Below, piece by piece: positions 53,628-63,603 of a stretch of DNA of 64,000 nucleotides. The notes beneath the pieces were generated by a model that did not search any database, was not told where the DNA came from, and worked only from the letters and a program-made list of their open reading frames with translations. The position numbers were made by a program, and so were the translations under genes. The stretch's first letter is position 1; each line of letters begins with the position of its first letter. Origin of the DNA: an uncultured Planctomycetaceae bacterium (GTDB lineage: Bacteria; Planctomycetota; Planctomycetia; Planctomycetales; Planctomycetaceae); the NCBI GenBank assembly GCA_963815195.1, contig CAWFGE010000020.1:384001-448000 (forward strand). The letters run 5' to 3'.

Positions 53628-55523
53628 TTACTGCACCATGAAGTTCAGACTGTAGGTGGCGACCTTGCGGCTGAGTTGGTCTTCCACGGTCAAGGTCATC
53701 ACGTGCGGGCCCAGGGAGATTCGCTGCGGAATGGTGAACTCGTAGCTGTGGAAATAATCCCTGCGGTGGTTGTGGCAGTAATCTTCCGTCGGCTCAAAGT
53801 CGAACCGCTCGACGAGTTCCCCGTTCGGACCGAGCCGATGGATCTCGATCGACGACTTGAGTTGCGTGCGGTAGGCCGTTTCGTTGGGCTTGTTGGGCAG
53901 CGTGGTGGGGACGCTTTTGAAGTTGGCGACCTCGGCGTAAACCAGAACGGGCTGGCCGGGGCCGAACTCATCCCGCGGGAAACGGTCGAAATTCCCGAAG
54001 CTGGAAATCTTATGGCAGAACGCGACGTTCCGCAGTTCCAACCGGGCGTTCTCCTGCAGCTTCTGGATGGCGGTGCGGAGTTGGGCGATCGTCTGGGTGG
54101 CCCGGTAATCATCCTGGGGCATCGACTCGAAGTCGAAATAATTCGACATCGCCCAGAGCGTCTGCTGCCAGAACTCCTGGTCCGCGGCGGGAATGTCCGG
54201 GATCGCGGTGACCGCCTGGGCTTCGCGGCCGGCCATCAAATACAGCATCCGCAAATAAACGTGCTTTTGAATGTAGGCGTGTTTCTTTTCGGGCGTGGTC
54301 TGGTCCGCAAACCGCAGCTGGCCGACTTCCTTCTCCATGTTCGCGACAACCTTCGCGAGCGCCTCGTCAAACGACTTCCCGCCGGCGGGATTGGATTGGG
54401 CGTTCGGATCGGTGCCCGTCGGCGGCGGTCCGAAGGAATCCGCGAGGTTCAGCGAATCGCCCACGCCGGGCAGCTTCTGATCGGGATTTCGGCTGGCGGA
54501 GCGAATCAGCGGCGCGCTGCCGGGGGCAAACGGATCGCCGCCGTTCCGGGCGTAATTCGGAACGGGCGGAACCAGCGGGTTGTACTCCGTGGGAATCCGC
54601 GCGTTTTGAGGCGACAACCGCGGCCGCGGAATCGGCCCGCCGGGACGGCCGGGCTTGTTGACGGGCGACAACGCTCCACCCGGCGGAGGCTGGATTTCAT
54701 TCGCCGAACGGCCCGCCTGGTTGTTGGAGATCCGGCTCTCGCCAGGCACGCGGGGATCGGTTCCCGGACCATATCCCGCGAAATGGTCGGCGCCCGGCCG
54801 GGCGGGGATTTGATTGAAGGGCAACGGCGACGGCGGGAGACTGGAATCGCCGCCCGAACCGCTGCGGGCGTTCGTGGAGGTTTCGCGGTTCCAAGGATCG
54901 GCCGCTCCCAATCCCGGATCGCGCGCCGGATCGCGACCCAGGATGGCCCGTGTTTCCGTGCTGTGCCCCGCGGAGATGGCTTCGGAATCTTCATCGGCTG
55001 GCTCTTCCCCGGCGACGAGTTGGATTCGGCTGGGGGCTTCGGGCACGGATTGTTGGCGCATTTCTTCCGCCGAGACGAACCGGTGCGGCGCATCCTGCCC
55101 CGCTTGCCGGACCACTCGCCGCATGCGGATGATCTGCCGGACCATCGCCGGCGGAAGGCTGACCACATCCTTGTAAAATTGCTCTTTCTCCCCGGGCGGC
55201 GTGTTTGCGAGTTCCGCTTGAATGAGCTTTTGCGTTTCCATGTCGAAGCGGGCCAGCGTCTCGGTTGCGGGGGTTTTCCGCGACGTTTCGGTGCTGTGTT
55301 CCGCGGAGGCTGCTTCCCGCTCGTTGGAAGGATCGGCCTCGGCGAATTGTTCGGAGGCGGCGTCGGCGCGTTCGCGGAGGGGGTTAACGTATGTCGGCCC
55401 GTGAGAAGGCTTGGACCGACTCGGCCAGTATTTGCCGACCACCGATTGGGCATTGAGGCCGCAACCTGCAAAGCCCAAGACGCACAACGCCAAAAACGCC
55501 ATGAGCCGGGAAAAGCGTCTCAT
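53628..55523 (-). CDS. Hypothetical lipoprotein with long Pro-rich disordered region and folded C-terminal domain
   Basis: Lipobox-like LGFAGC; C-terminal FCHKISSFGNF...LVYAEVANF...RRDYF...LTVED. Confidence 0.75.
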   Translation of the reverse strand: MRRFSRLMAFLALCVLGFAGCGLNAQSVVGKYWPSRSKPSHGPTYVNPLRERADAASEQFAEADPSNEREAASAEHSTETSRKTPATETLARFDMETQKLIQAELANTPPGEKEQFYKDVVSLPPAMVRQIIRMRRVVRQAGQDAPHRFVSAEEMRQQSVPEAPSRIQLVAGEEPADEDSEAISAGHSTETRAILGRDPARDPGLGAADPWNRETSTNARSGSGGDSSLPPSPLPFNQIPARPGADHFAGYGPGTDPRVPGESRISNNQAGRSANEIQPPPGGALSPVNKPGRPGGPIPRPRLSPQNARIPTEYNPLVPPVPNYARNGGDPFAPGSAPLIRSASRNPDQKLPGVGDSLNLADSFGPPPTGTDPNAQSNPAGGKSFDEALAKVVANMEKEVGQLRFADQTTPEKKHAYIQKHVYLRMLYLMAGREAQAVTAIPDIPAADQEFWQQTLWAMSNYFDFESMPQDDYRATQTIAQLRTAIQKLQENARLELRNVAFCHKISSFGNFDRFPRDEFGPGQPVLVYAEVANFKSVPTTLPNKPNETAYRTQLKSSIEIHRLGPNGELVERFDFEPTEDYCHNHRRDYFHSYEFTIPQRISLGPHVMTLTVEDQLSRKVATYSLNFMVQ

Positions 55524-55816
55524 CGTAGCATCCTTGCAACGGAGAGGGCGCGAACAATCGAAAGGACGAGGCGGACGGGAATTTCCCACCGTCCTCAAAT
55601 GAAAGGAGCGGGAAGATAGTCCATTCCGGCCATTTCCTCAAGACCGAAGCAAACGGAGCACAAGAAGAATCCACCGAGCGGCCGGGAAAGAAAAACTGGT
55701 CAAAAGTTCAAGAGATTTCCTGCGACTGCATTGGCGGCTTGAAAGGCGCGAATATTCACGGTCTGAAGTTTCTCTTATTCGCGATACCATCGCGGAGCGA
55801 TGGGCGACATTCGGCA

Positions 55817-57254
55817 TCAAACCGAAATCTCTTCCGGATCCTCATCGCCGGCGCGGGGGTAGCGGTCCAGGATCGGTTTGATGATGTTGTGCAAGAAGGC
55901 ATCGACTTGTTCCGGAGCCCGGCCGATGAAGCGGTGCGAATCCATCAGTTCGTCGAATTGGACCTCCGCAAATGCGGATTCTTGTTTCAAGCGGTCCAAC
56001 AGATCGTTTCTCCCGCCATGCTGTTTCACCTGCGCCGCGGCCGCCTGGCTGTGGCGGCGGATGACTTCATGGAGTTCCTGCCTGTCCCCGCCGGCCTGGA
56101 CGCCGGCCATCAAGATTTCCTCGGTCGCCATGAAGGGTAATTCTTCGTAGAGGTTCTTCGCGATGACCCGCGGATACGCCACCAGGCCCGCGGCGATGTT
56201 GCGATACAGAATCAGCACCGCGTCGGTCGTCAAAAACGACAACGGCAGCGACAGCCGCCGGTTTGCGCTGTCGTCGAGCGTGCGTTCCATCCACTGCGTC
56301 GCCGCGGTCTGCTCGGCGTTGGAAACCAAACTCAATGCAAACCGCGACAACGCGCCCATTCGCTCGGCCCGCATCGGGTTTCGCTTGTACGCCATCGCGG
56401 ACGAGCCGATTTGCTGCTCCTCAAACGGTTCCTCCAATTCCTTCCGGCTTTGCAGCAGCCGAAAGTCGGTGCCGGCTTTGTGGGCGGATTGAGCGATGCC
56501 GCTGAGCGTTTGCAGGATGTAACTATCGACCTTCCGCGGATACGTTTGGCCGGTGACGGCGTAGGTTTGGGTGAAGCCCATTTTCTCCGTCACCCGGCGG
56601 TCGAGTTCCTCGACTTTTTCGTGATCGTTGTTGAAAAGCGCCAAAAAACTGGCTTGCGTGCCCGTGGTGCCTTTGACGCCCCGGAAGCGGAGCGTTTCGA
56701 GGCGATGCTCGATTTCCTCGAGGTCCAGGACCAGATCGTAGCACCAGAGTGTGGCCCGTTTGCCGACGGTCGTGGGCTGGGCGGGCTGGAGGTGCGTAAA
56801 GCCCAGGCAAGGCAGATCGCGGTGCCGGCGGGCGAACTCCGCGAGATAGGCGATCACCGCCACCAGCCGTTTGCGGACAAGCCGCAGGGATTCGCGGGTC
56901 TGCAGCAGACTCGGTGTTGTCCGTGACGAAGCAACTCGTGGCCCCCAAATGGATGATCGGCCCCGCATCGGGGCATTGGTGTTTGAACGCATGCACGTGG
57001 GCCATCACATCGTGGCGGTACTCTTTTTCGTAAAGGGCCGCGAGATCGAAATCCACATCGTCCACGCGGCCCGCCATCTCGGCGACTTGTTGGGGGGTGA
57101 TGTCCAGGCCCAATTCGCGCTCGGACTCCGCGAGCGCCACCCACAACCTGCGCCAGGTGGAGTGTTTTTTCTGGGCGGACCAAATCCGGCTCATCTCGGC
57201 CGACGCGTAGCGGGTCAGAAGCGGATTTTGATACGATTCATGTTCGGCAGCCAC
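55817..57254 (-). CDS. purB: Adenylosuccinate lyase; frameshift near 56910
   Basis: [20 protein letters not shown] and [14 protein letters not shown] in one frame; [20 protein letters not shown] and ERTLDDSA in the other. Confidence 0.95.
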
Positions 57255-57477
57255 AGTCGAGCTTTCGTTTTGGTCAAGGAGCAGAGGCCACAAAGGCCCC
57301 AAAGGAGCAACGGGAGCAATTCGCGATTTTAGCGATTCCCCACCAACATAAAACAGGGGAAACGATGGAGACGCGAAGATAAAATCTCGGCGAACTAGGG
57401 CGAACCAGCACGTGCGTTCTCTCCTGCTTTTCTCCGTGGTATAATCTCTTCGCACTGTCTGCCCAGAATGGCCTCCC

Positions 57478-58395
57478 ATGAAAAGCCCCGCACCGACTCG
57501 GTCCGACGCTCCCATTCTCGATCCCACGGCCCTCGCCAAGTTCGGCAAGCTGGAAGTCGTGGCGAAGCTCGTCGTCGAAGGATTTATGATGGGGCAGCAC
57601 AAAAGCCCTTACAAAGGCTCCAGCATCGAGTTCGTCGAGCACCGCCAATATTACCCCGGCGATGAAATCCGGCATATCGATTGGCGGGCCTACGGCAAAA
57701 CCGGCAAGTATTACATCAAGGAGTTCGAAGACGAAACCAACCTCCGCTGCTATTTGCTGGTGGACGCGTCCGGCAGCATGGCCTTCGGCGAAAGCACGCT
57801 CAGCAAGTTCGACTATTGCCGGTATCTCGCGGCGTCCCTGGGCTATTTGCTGCTCGGGCAGCGGGACGCGACGGGCCTGATCACCTTCGACAACAAGATC
57901 CGCGACCGCTTCGATCCCTCGGCGAGTCCCCAAAGCTTTCGGCGGATGATCGACATCCTCGAACGCCGAAAGCCGGGCCGGGAAACGAGCCTCGCGCGGG
58001 TGTTTGAGCGAATCCTGCCCCTCATTAAACGCCGAAGCCTGATCGTGATTTTGAGCGACTGCTTCGATCAGATCGCCCCCTTGGCGACGGCCCTCAAGCA
58101 ATTCCGGCACACGCGGAACGAGGTGCTTTTGTTTCACGTTGTCGCCCCGGAGGAGGAAGAGTTCCCCTTCAAAAGGCCCACGAAGTTTCACAGCCTGGAG
58201 CGCGCCCCGCACCGGGTCCTGGTCGATCCCCATCAATTGCGAACGCATTACCTGGAGCAGTACCGCGAGTTCTGTGACGAGCTGGTGAAAATCTGCGGGA
58301 CCGCGGGGGTGGACTATCAAAAGCTGGTCACATCGCAGCCGTACCATCTGGCCTTGGGAGCCTTTCTGGACTCGCGAACCCGCCGCAAATCGTGA
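57478..58395 (+). CDS. DUF58 domain protein (VWA-like)
   Basis: [31 protein letters not shown] and LLVDASGSM motifs. Confidence 0.92.
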   Translation: MKSPAPTRSDAPILDPTALAKFGKLEVVAKLVVEGFMMGQHKSPYKGSSIEFVEHRQYYPGDEIRHIDWRAYGKTGKYYIKEFEDETNLRCYLLVDASGSMAFGESTLSKFDYCRYLAASLGYLLLGQRDATGLITFDNKIRDRFDPSASPQSFRRMIDILERRKPGRETSLARVFERILPLIKRRSLIVILSDCFDQIAPLATALKQFRHTRNEVLLFHVVAPEEEEFPFKRPTKFHSLERAPHRVLVDPHQLRTHYLEQYREFCDELVKICGTAGVDYQKLVTSQPYHLALGAFLDSRTRRKS

Positions 58396-58411
58396 CCTGG
58401 GGATGTCTCGA

Positions 58412-60167
58412 TCACGGCCGGCTGGCGTGACTGGGGCCGATGTGTTGGCGGATGAGGGCCTCTTTTAAGAGCCTCGCCGCATGGGGGGCGGCGACCGTGC
58501 CGCCGCCGTGGTTTTCGCCGAGCGTCGGCTCGTCCACGACAATCAACACGAGAAGCTGCGGATCATCGGCCGGAACTCCGCAGACGAAGGAGCACACGTC
58601 GCGGTCCTGAGAATAGCCGCCGGTTTCGGGGTCGAGCTTTTGCGCGGTGCCGGTTTTGCCGAAAACGGTGTAATCCTCCAATTTCGCCCGCCGGCCGGTG
58701 CCGCGATTGACGACTTCCACCATCGGCCCTTGGACCAGCCAGCGGGCGATGTCCGAGGAAATCACCGGTGAGACGACCGAGGCCTCCGACCGCACGGGCG
58801 GCGAAGCGGCTCCTTCGGGAAGCACCGCATCGGTGTGCCTCAGCACCAAATGCGGCCGCATCAGGCTGCCACCGCTCGCGAGAGCCGCGTGGGCGGCGAT
58901 GAGCTGTAGCGGCGTCACCGCGAGTTCGTGGCCCATTGGAATCGATCCCGTGGAATACTCGTCCCAGTCCCCGAGCGGCCGGACGAGGCCCGCAACCTCG
59001 CCCGGAAGTTCGATCCCCGTGGGCTGGCCGAAGCCGAAGGCGGTCACGGCTTCAGACAGCTTGGGGTTCGTCAGCCGCTCGCCGATCTTGGCCATGCCGA
59101 TATTGCTCGACTTCACCAGAATGTCGGTGAGGCTGAGCTCGCCGTAGGGGTGATGATCGTGGAGCAATCGCCGGCCCATAGGGTAGGCTCCGTTTTCACA
59201 GTGGATTGTCTCGTCCCGTTCGATCAATCCATATTTCAAGGTCCAGGCGACGATGAACGGTTTGAAGGTCGAGCCCGGTTCGTAAACCGAGGCGATATTA
59301 AAATTCTTCCAGGCGGCGGGCGGGACATCGATGGGATCGTTGGGATCGAACGTCGGCCGGGAGGCCATCGCGAGGATTTCCCCGGTGTGCGGATCGAGCA
59401 CGATCGCTCCCGCGTGCTTGGGCTGCCAATCGTGGACGATGCGGTCCAGTTCGCGCTCGGCGTAAAGTTGAATCACGGCGTCCAAGGTCAACACCACGGT
59501 CCGGCCGTGGCGGGGGGCTTTCGCGATCGATTCTTGCACGTCGATCACGCGCCCGCGGGCGTCGCGAACGAGAACCCGTGTGCCGTCGGTGCCGCGGATG
59601 ATCTCGTCGAAACTCTGCTCGATCCCGCCCTGGCCCTTGCCGTCGATGTCGCGAAAGCCCAACACATGCACGGCCATTTTGCCTTGGGGATATTGCCGGA
59701 GGTATTCGTCGCGGAAACCGTACATCTCTTTGGCCAGCTTGAGCCCGCACGCGGTTGGCGGCGGCCTCGTCAATCCGCCGCTTGACCCACAGGAACTCTC
59801 GATCGCGGTATTTGGAAAGGCGGATAAACAGCGCATCGGCATCGATGTCCACGGCCTTCGCCAGCTTTTGCGCGAAGTCCCACGGCTCCTCGATCTCTTG
59901 CGGATTGACGAACAAGCTCTTAGCCCGGATGGTGGTCGCCAACAGCCGGCCGTAGCGATCGACGATGTCGCCGGGCCTCGCCGGAATGGTTTCTTCGAGC
60001 GTGCGCTGCCGGCGGGCTTTCTCCGCGAAGCCCACGCGGTCTAAAAGTTGCAGCTGCACCAATCGGCAGGCAAGAATGCCCCAAAACCCCAGGAGGCCCC
60101 CCAACACGCACCACGTCCGCCAGATGCTCGGCGGTTCGATCTCGGCGGGGGCGGGAACGTCGGCCAT
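58412..60167 (-). CDS. ftsI: Class B penicillin-binding protein (FtsI-like transpeptidase); frameshift near 59745
   Basis: N-terminal TM, ARPGDIVDRYG, RQYPQG, LTLDAVIQ, SxxK (YEPGSTFK), SxN (KSSN) and KTG (GKTGTAQK). Confidence 0.9.
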
Positions 60168-60484
60168 CAGGGCGATTGGTTTTCGTCTTGGAGGGAATCG
60201 GAATCCCAATGCAAAAGCGGCATGCGTTTGGCCCCCGAGACAGCGGGTTTCTCCCGCCGGCGGACCGGCAGCTCGCCTTTGTCCAAGGACTCCATCAAGC
60301 GGGCCGGTGCTCCCAGCTCTTGGACGCGGAGCCGCATCTTCGCGTAGGACTCCCGCAGAATCTCCATGCGGTAATGCTGCCGGCTGATGTCCCGCCGGGT
60401 TTCGAGCACCTTTTTCTCAAGCGCCACCCCGGCCACCGAGACCAGCACCACAACCGCCACACAACACAAAAAACGGAAGAACAT
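60167..60484 (-). CDS. FtsL-like small bitopic coiled-coil protein
   Basis: 105 aa with an N-terminal hydrophobic helix and a heptad-like segment ending LGAPARL. TGATG overlap with ftsI, in the position ftsL occupies in canonical dcw clusters. Confidence 0.6.
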   Translation of the reverse strand: MFFRFLCCVAVVVLVSVAGVALEKKVLETRRDISRQHYRMEILRESYAKMRLRVQELGAPARLMESLDKGELPVRRREKPAVSGAKRMPLLHWDSDSLQDENQSP

Positions 60485-60485
60485 A

Positions 60486-60616
60486 GGCGAGCGGGGGGCG
60501 TCAGCCCCCTGGTGATTCCCAATCGCTTGAGAACGGAAAAAAATCGAGTGGATTAGAGTGGAGTTGACAGTTTCCTTTATTCCGAGTGACCAGGGGGCTT
60601 ACGCCCCCCGCTCGCC
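60486..60616. repeat. REPIN (REP family A doublet)
   Basis: GGCGAGCGGGGGGCGTCAGCCCCCTGGT ... ACCAGGGGGCTTACGCCCCCCGCTCGCC. Confidence 0.85.
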
Positions 60617-60631
60617 GGGATCCTATACACC

Positions 60632-62482
60632 TTATCGGACGCCGGCGGCCTGGCGGACCACGTTGACGCGGCTGGCGTCGGGCGGGAGGATTAAAAGATC
60701 GCCCAAGGTCAGGGCATTGGGATCTTTCAGGCGGTGCCGGTTCAATTGATAGATTTCCCCCCACCGCGAGAACCGGCCCAAGTGTTTTTGCGCGATCCCG
60801 CCCAAGGTGTCGTTGGGACCGACGCGGTACATCGGCCGGCCGCCCGCATCGACGTAGAAACCCGACGGCTCCCCGGCTTGATGGGCCACGTTGGACACGC
60901 TGCCGGCGGCCTGTGCGAATTTGGGAAACAGATCGGGGTTCTGCGATTCGAGCACTTCCCGGGAGGGGATGAGGATTTTCATGCCGGGCCGCATTTTCGT
61001 GGGATCGGGAATCCGCTGCTGATTGTAGCGGGCCAGGGCCGAGAAATAGCGAACGCTGCCATACTGTTTCTTGGAAATCGTCCAATAACTGTCGCGGGGC
61101 TGAACCACATAAACGCTGGGCTGGTCGGCCGCGTTCGCCAGAGGCGCGCCGCCGGGAAATGCGCCGGGCGTTTGTCTCCCGGGAACCTGGGCGACGCTCG
61201 TTCCAGGCAACTCGTTGGGAATCGGATTGAAACTGGTGGGAGGGCTGGCCGGTGCCGGGTCGTATTGGTTCGGCGCGGGCGCTGGCTCGAAATCCCCAAA
61301 CCGCGGATCGTTCGCCACGGAAATCTCCGCCGGGGCCGCTTGGACGGGCAACGGTTGCGGCTGCTCTGGCGAGCGGGGGGCGTAAGCCCCCTGGTCATTC
61401 CCGAGTGCTTGGGAGTTCCCCGGAACAGATTCCGCCCCAACATCCGCAGGCAAATTCGCGAAAGGATCGTTCCCCGCAGGCGGAGTCGCGGTCGGTTGGT
61501 TTTCCGCGGCGGGATTGGCCTGGAAGTCGCTGAAGGCATTGCCCGCCGGCGTTTGGGCGGTTTCAGGCCGCGGCGGAAGCGATACGGATTGCGCCGAAAA
61601 CTGCTCGTTGTCGTTTCCCAGACCCGCCGGCGGTTCGGCGAGTTGAATCGGCGCCGCTTGAGCGGACGGTAACTGCTCTGCTTGAGCGGGCGGTGCCGCT
61701 GTCGCGAACGGATTGGAATCCGCCATTTTCGGGGCGTCGGCCAATGGAGCGGTCGGCGGTTCAAAACTCGGCTCAGGCGGGGCCTGGGCAAATTCATTCC
61801 GCGGCGGCGAGACGGGGTTAAACTCCGTCGGCACCAGCTGGGGCTCTGCCACGACCGGCGGGCTGTGATTTGGCAACTCCTGGGGGAATTGGTCCGGAGG
61901 GACGTTTTGCACCGGCGGCGCAAAATCCTGGCCGGATTGACTCCCATTGGCCGAAGCGGCGGCGGGAGAAAATTGGTCGATCGAAGCTGAAGCCCGCCCC
62001 GCGGAATTCTCCGCCATCGGCCGTTGGGCCGGGGCAGGCGTGGTGTCGGTTTCTTGATTCCACGAAACCGGCGAGAACTCCGGCGATTGCTCGGGCATTG
62101 GCTGAAGGATCTGCTCCTGCGGCGAGGCTCCGGCAATGGGAGTCGGCGTATTTCCCGGCTTCGCGGGGGAGGATTCTTCAGGCTGGTTTTCGTTGACGGC
62201 CGCCAAGAGATCGCCGCGCTCGGCCCGGTTGTTTTGGATTTTTTTATAGACCACAAATCCAAACACCACCAACAGCACCAAGACAAAGGCAAACCCCATT
62301 TTGGTTTCCCGCGAGATGCCGCCTTCTTTGGGGGCGATGCCCCAATCCTCGTCGCTGCCCTCTTGCGCCGCGGCTTTGGCGGGCGGTTGCGGTTCCGCAG
62401 ACGGAGCGGGATGCTTTCCTGCCGTGTCCGCGGAGGACGCCGGTAGGGAATCGAGCTGCGCGCGGGCTTCGCTCAGGGTCAT
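60632..62482 (-). CDS. Membrane-anchored protein with long P/Q/A-rich linker and two C-terminal LysM domains
   Basis: TM MGFAFVLVLLVVFGFVVY; LysM1 YVVQPRDSYWTIS...PGMKILIP; LysM2 YRVGPNDTLGGIA...GDLLILP. The ATG at 62482 overlaps the rsmH stop (ATGA). Confidence 0.88.
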   Translation of the reverse strand: MTLSEARAQLDSLPASSADTAGKHPAPSAEPQPPAKAAAQEGSDEDWGIAPKEGGISRETKMGFAFVLVLLVVFGFVVYKKIQNNRAERGDLLAAVNENQPEESSPAKPGNTPTPIAGASPQEQILQPMPEQSPEFSPVSWNQETDTTPAPAQRPMAENSAGRASASIDQFSPAAASANGSQSGQDFAPPVQNVPPDQFPQELPNHSPPVVAEPQLVPTEFNPVSPPRNEFAQAPPEPSFEPPTAPLADAPKMADSNPFATAAPPAQAEQLPSAQAAPIQLAEPPAGLGNDNEQFSAQSVSLPPRPETAQTPAGNAFSDFQANPAAENQPTATPPAGNDPFANLPADVGAESVPGNSQALGNDQGAYAPRSPEQPQPLPVQAAPAEISVANDPRFGDFEPAPAPNQYDPAPASPPTSFNPIPNELPGTSVAQVPGRQTPGAFPGGAPLANAADQPSVYVVQPRDSYWTISKKQYGSVRYFSALARYNQQRIPDPTKMRPGMKILIPSREVLESQNPDLFPKFAQAAGSVSNVAHQAGEPSGFYVDAGGRPMYRVGPNDTLGGIAQKHLGRFSRWGEIYQLNRHRLKDPNALTLGDLLILPPDASRVNVVRQAAGVR

Positions 62483-63402
62483 GCCGGCGGCGGGAGCTTG
62501 CGGGCCGCGCGGAGCTTCGCCGTTCGCGAGCGGGGGTTGATCCGCTGTTCCGTCGGACTGGCGAGGAGGGGCTTGGGCGTGAGGTTCTGCCATCGGCTTT
62601 GATCCCGAAATGCGTCCTTGACAATTCGATCTTCCAGCGAGTGAAATCCAATCACCACCACCCGTCCGCCCGGTTTGAGTGCCTTATACAGCGTGTGATG
62701 AAGGGCGGTCTCGATCAGCTCCAGTTCCCGGTTGACGGCGATCCGAAAGGCTTGAAACACCCGCGTCGCGGGATGTTTTCGGGCCGAACGCTTTGCCGAT
62801 TCGGGAACCGCGGCCTTGACCGCCTCCACCAGATCGGCGGCCGACTTCACCGGGCGAGTTTTCCGCCGCTGCACCAGTTCGCGGGCGATGGCTTTGCTGA
62901 ATTTCTCCTCGCCGAAAGTTTCCAAAACACGAAAGAGTTCTTCTTCGGTCTGATCGGCGATCCACTCCCACGCGGGCTGGCCCTGGGTGGGATCGAACCG
63001 CAAATCGAGCGGACCTTCCGCTTCAAACCCGAACCCGCGCGATTCGTCCGCCAGTTGGTCGGAGGACAAACCCAGATCGAGCAAGATGCGGTCCGCCGCC
63101 GTCAAATCCAAATCCGTCAGAATCTGAGGGATTTCGATGTAACTGGCCCGCCGTAAAAAACAGTTGGCTTGGTTCAGCCGAGCTTCCGCAAATTTCAGCA
63201 TCATGGGATCGCGGTCGAGGCCGATGAGTTTTCCCGTCTCGCCGATGCGATCGAGGATTTTTCGGCTGTGGCCGCCGGCTCCCACGGTGCCATCGACGAC
63301 GATCAACCCCGGCTCCAATTCGAGAGCGTCAATGACTTCCCGAAGCAAAACCGGCTGATGGACCGCGCCGCCGCGAGCGGGTTCTCGGCGTGAGTTGGAC
63401 AT
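62479..63402 (-). CDS. rsmH: 16S rRNA (cytosine1402-N4)-methyltransferase
   Basis: HQPVLLRE, DGTVGAGGHS, DLGLSSDQL, FQAFRIAVN, FHSLEDRIVK and NPRSRTAKLR motifs. Confidence 0.96.
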   Translation of the reverse strand: MSNSRREPARGGAVHQPVLLREVIDALELEPGLIVVDGTVGAGGHSRKILDRIGETGKLIGLDRDPMMLKFAEARLNQANCFLRRASYIEIPQILTDLDLTAADRILLDLGLSSDQLADESRGFGFEAEGPLDLRFDPTQGQPAWEWIADQTEEELFRVLETFGEEKFSKAIARELVQRRKTRPVKSAADLVEAVKAAVPESAKRSARKHPATRVFQAFRIAVNRELELIETALHHTLYKALKPGGRVVVIGFHSLEDRIVKDAFRDQSRWQNLTPKPLLASPTEQRINPRSRTAKLRAARKLPPPA

Positions 63403-63603
63403 GAAAGGAGACAGGAAAAAGACAGGCGTCCGCGAAGCAGAGCCTCACGAACGCCGCGTGTTGTACGGAAAAACGGCCGTTGGGGAAAGAGCAATTTACG
63501 AGAACACAAAACCAGATGTCGCCAAACCCAAGCCGACGCCTTGGCGTCGTTTCGTCGTGTTTCAACCGCAAGCGGTCGGCTTGGGGCAACGGCGTTGATC
63601 CGT

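Noticed and set aside
53676..55619. Long antisense/shadow ORFs (also 39633..42098, 20070..21830, 11608..13317, 13716..14912, 32238..33716)
   Set aside because: They lie opposite or overlap well-supported genes and have no recognisable motifs; such ORFs are expected in high-GC DNA.
55817..57254. Programmed ribosomal frameshifting or true pseudogenisation of purB, hemL or ftsI
   Set aside because: No canonical slippery heptamer plus stimulator was noticed, and indels are scattered across unrelated genes. Sequencing error is more parsimonious.
62483..62593. Longer N-terminus of the LysM ORF as given in the ORF track
   Set aside because: It would overlap the conserved rsmH C-terminus by 115 bp. 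The ATGA-coupled start at 62482 is more plausible.
63403..63603. mraZ gene or MraZ-box repeats upstream of rsmH
   Set aside because: No MraZ-like ORF fits in 200 bp and no regularly spaced direct repeats were seen; only a hairpin at ~63526-63585.
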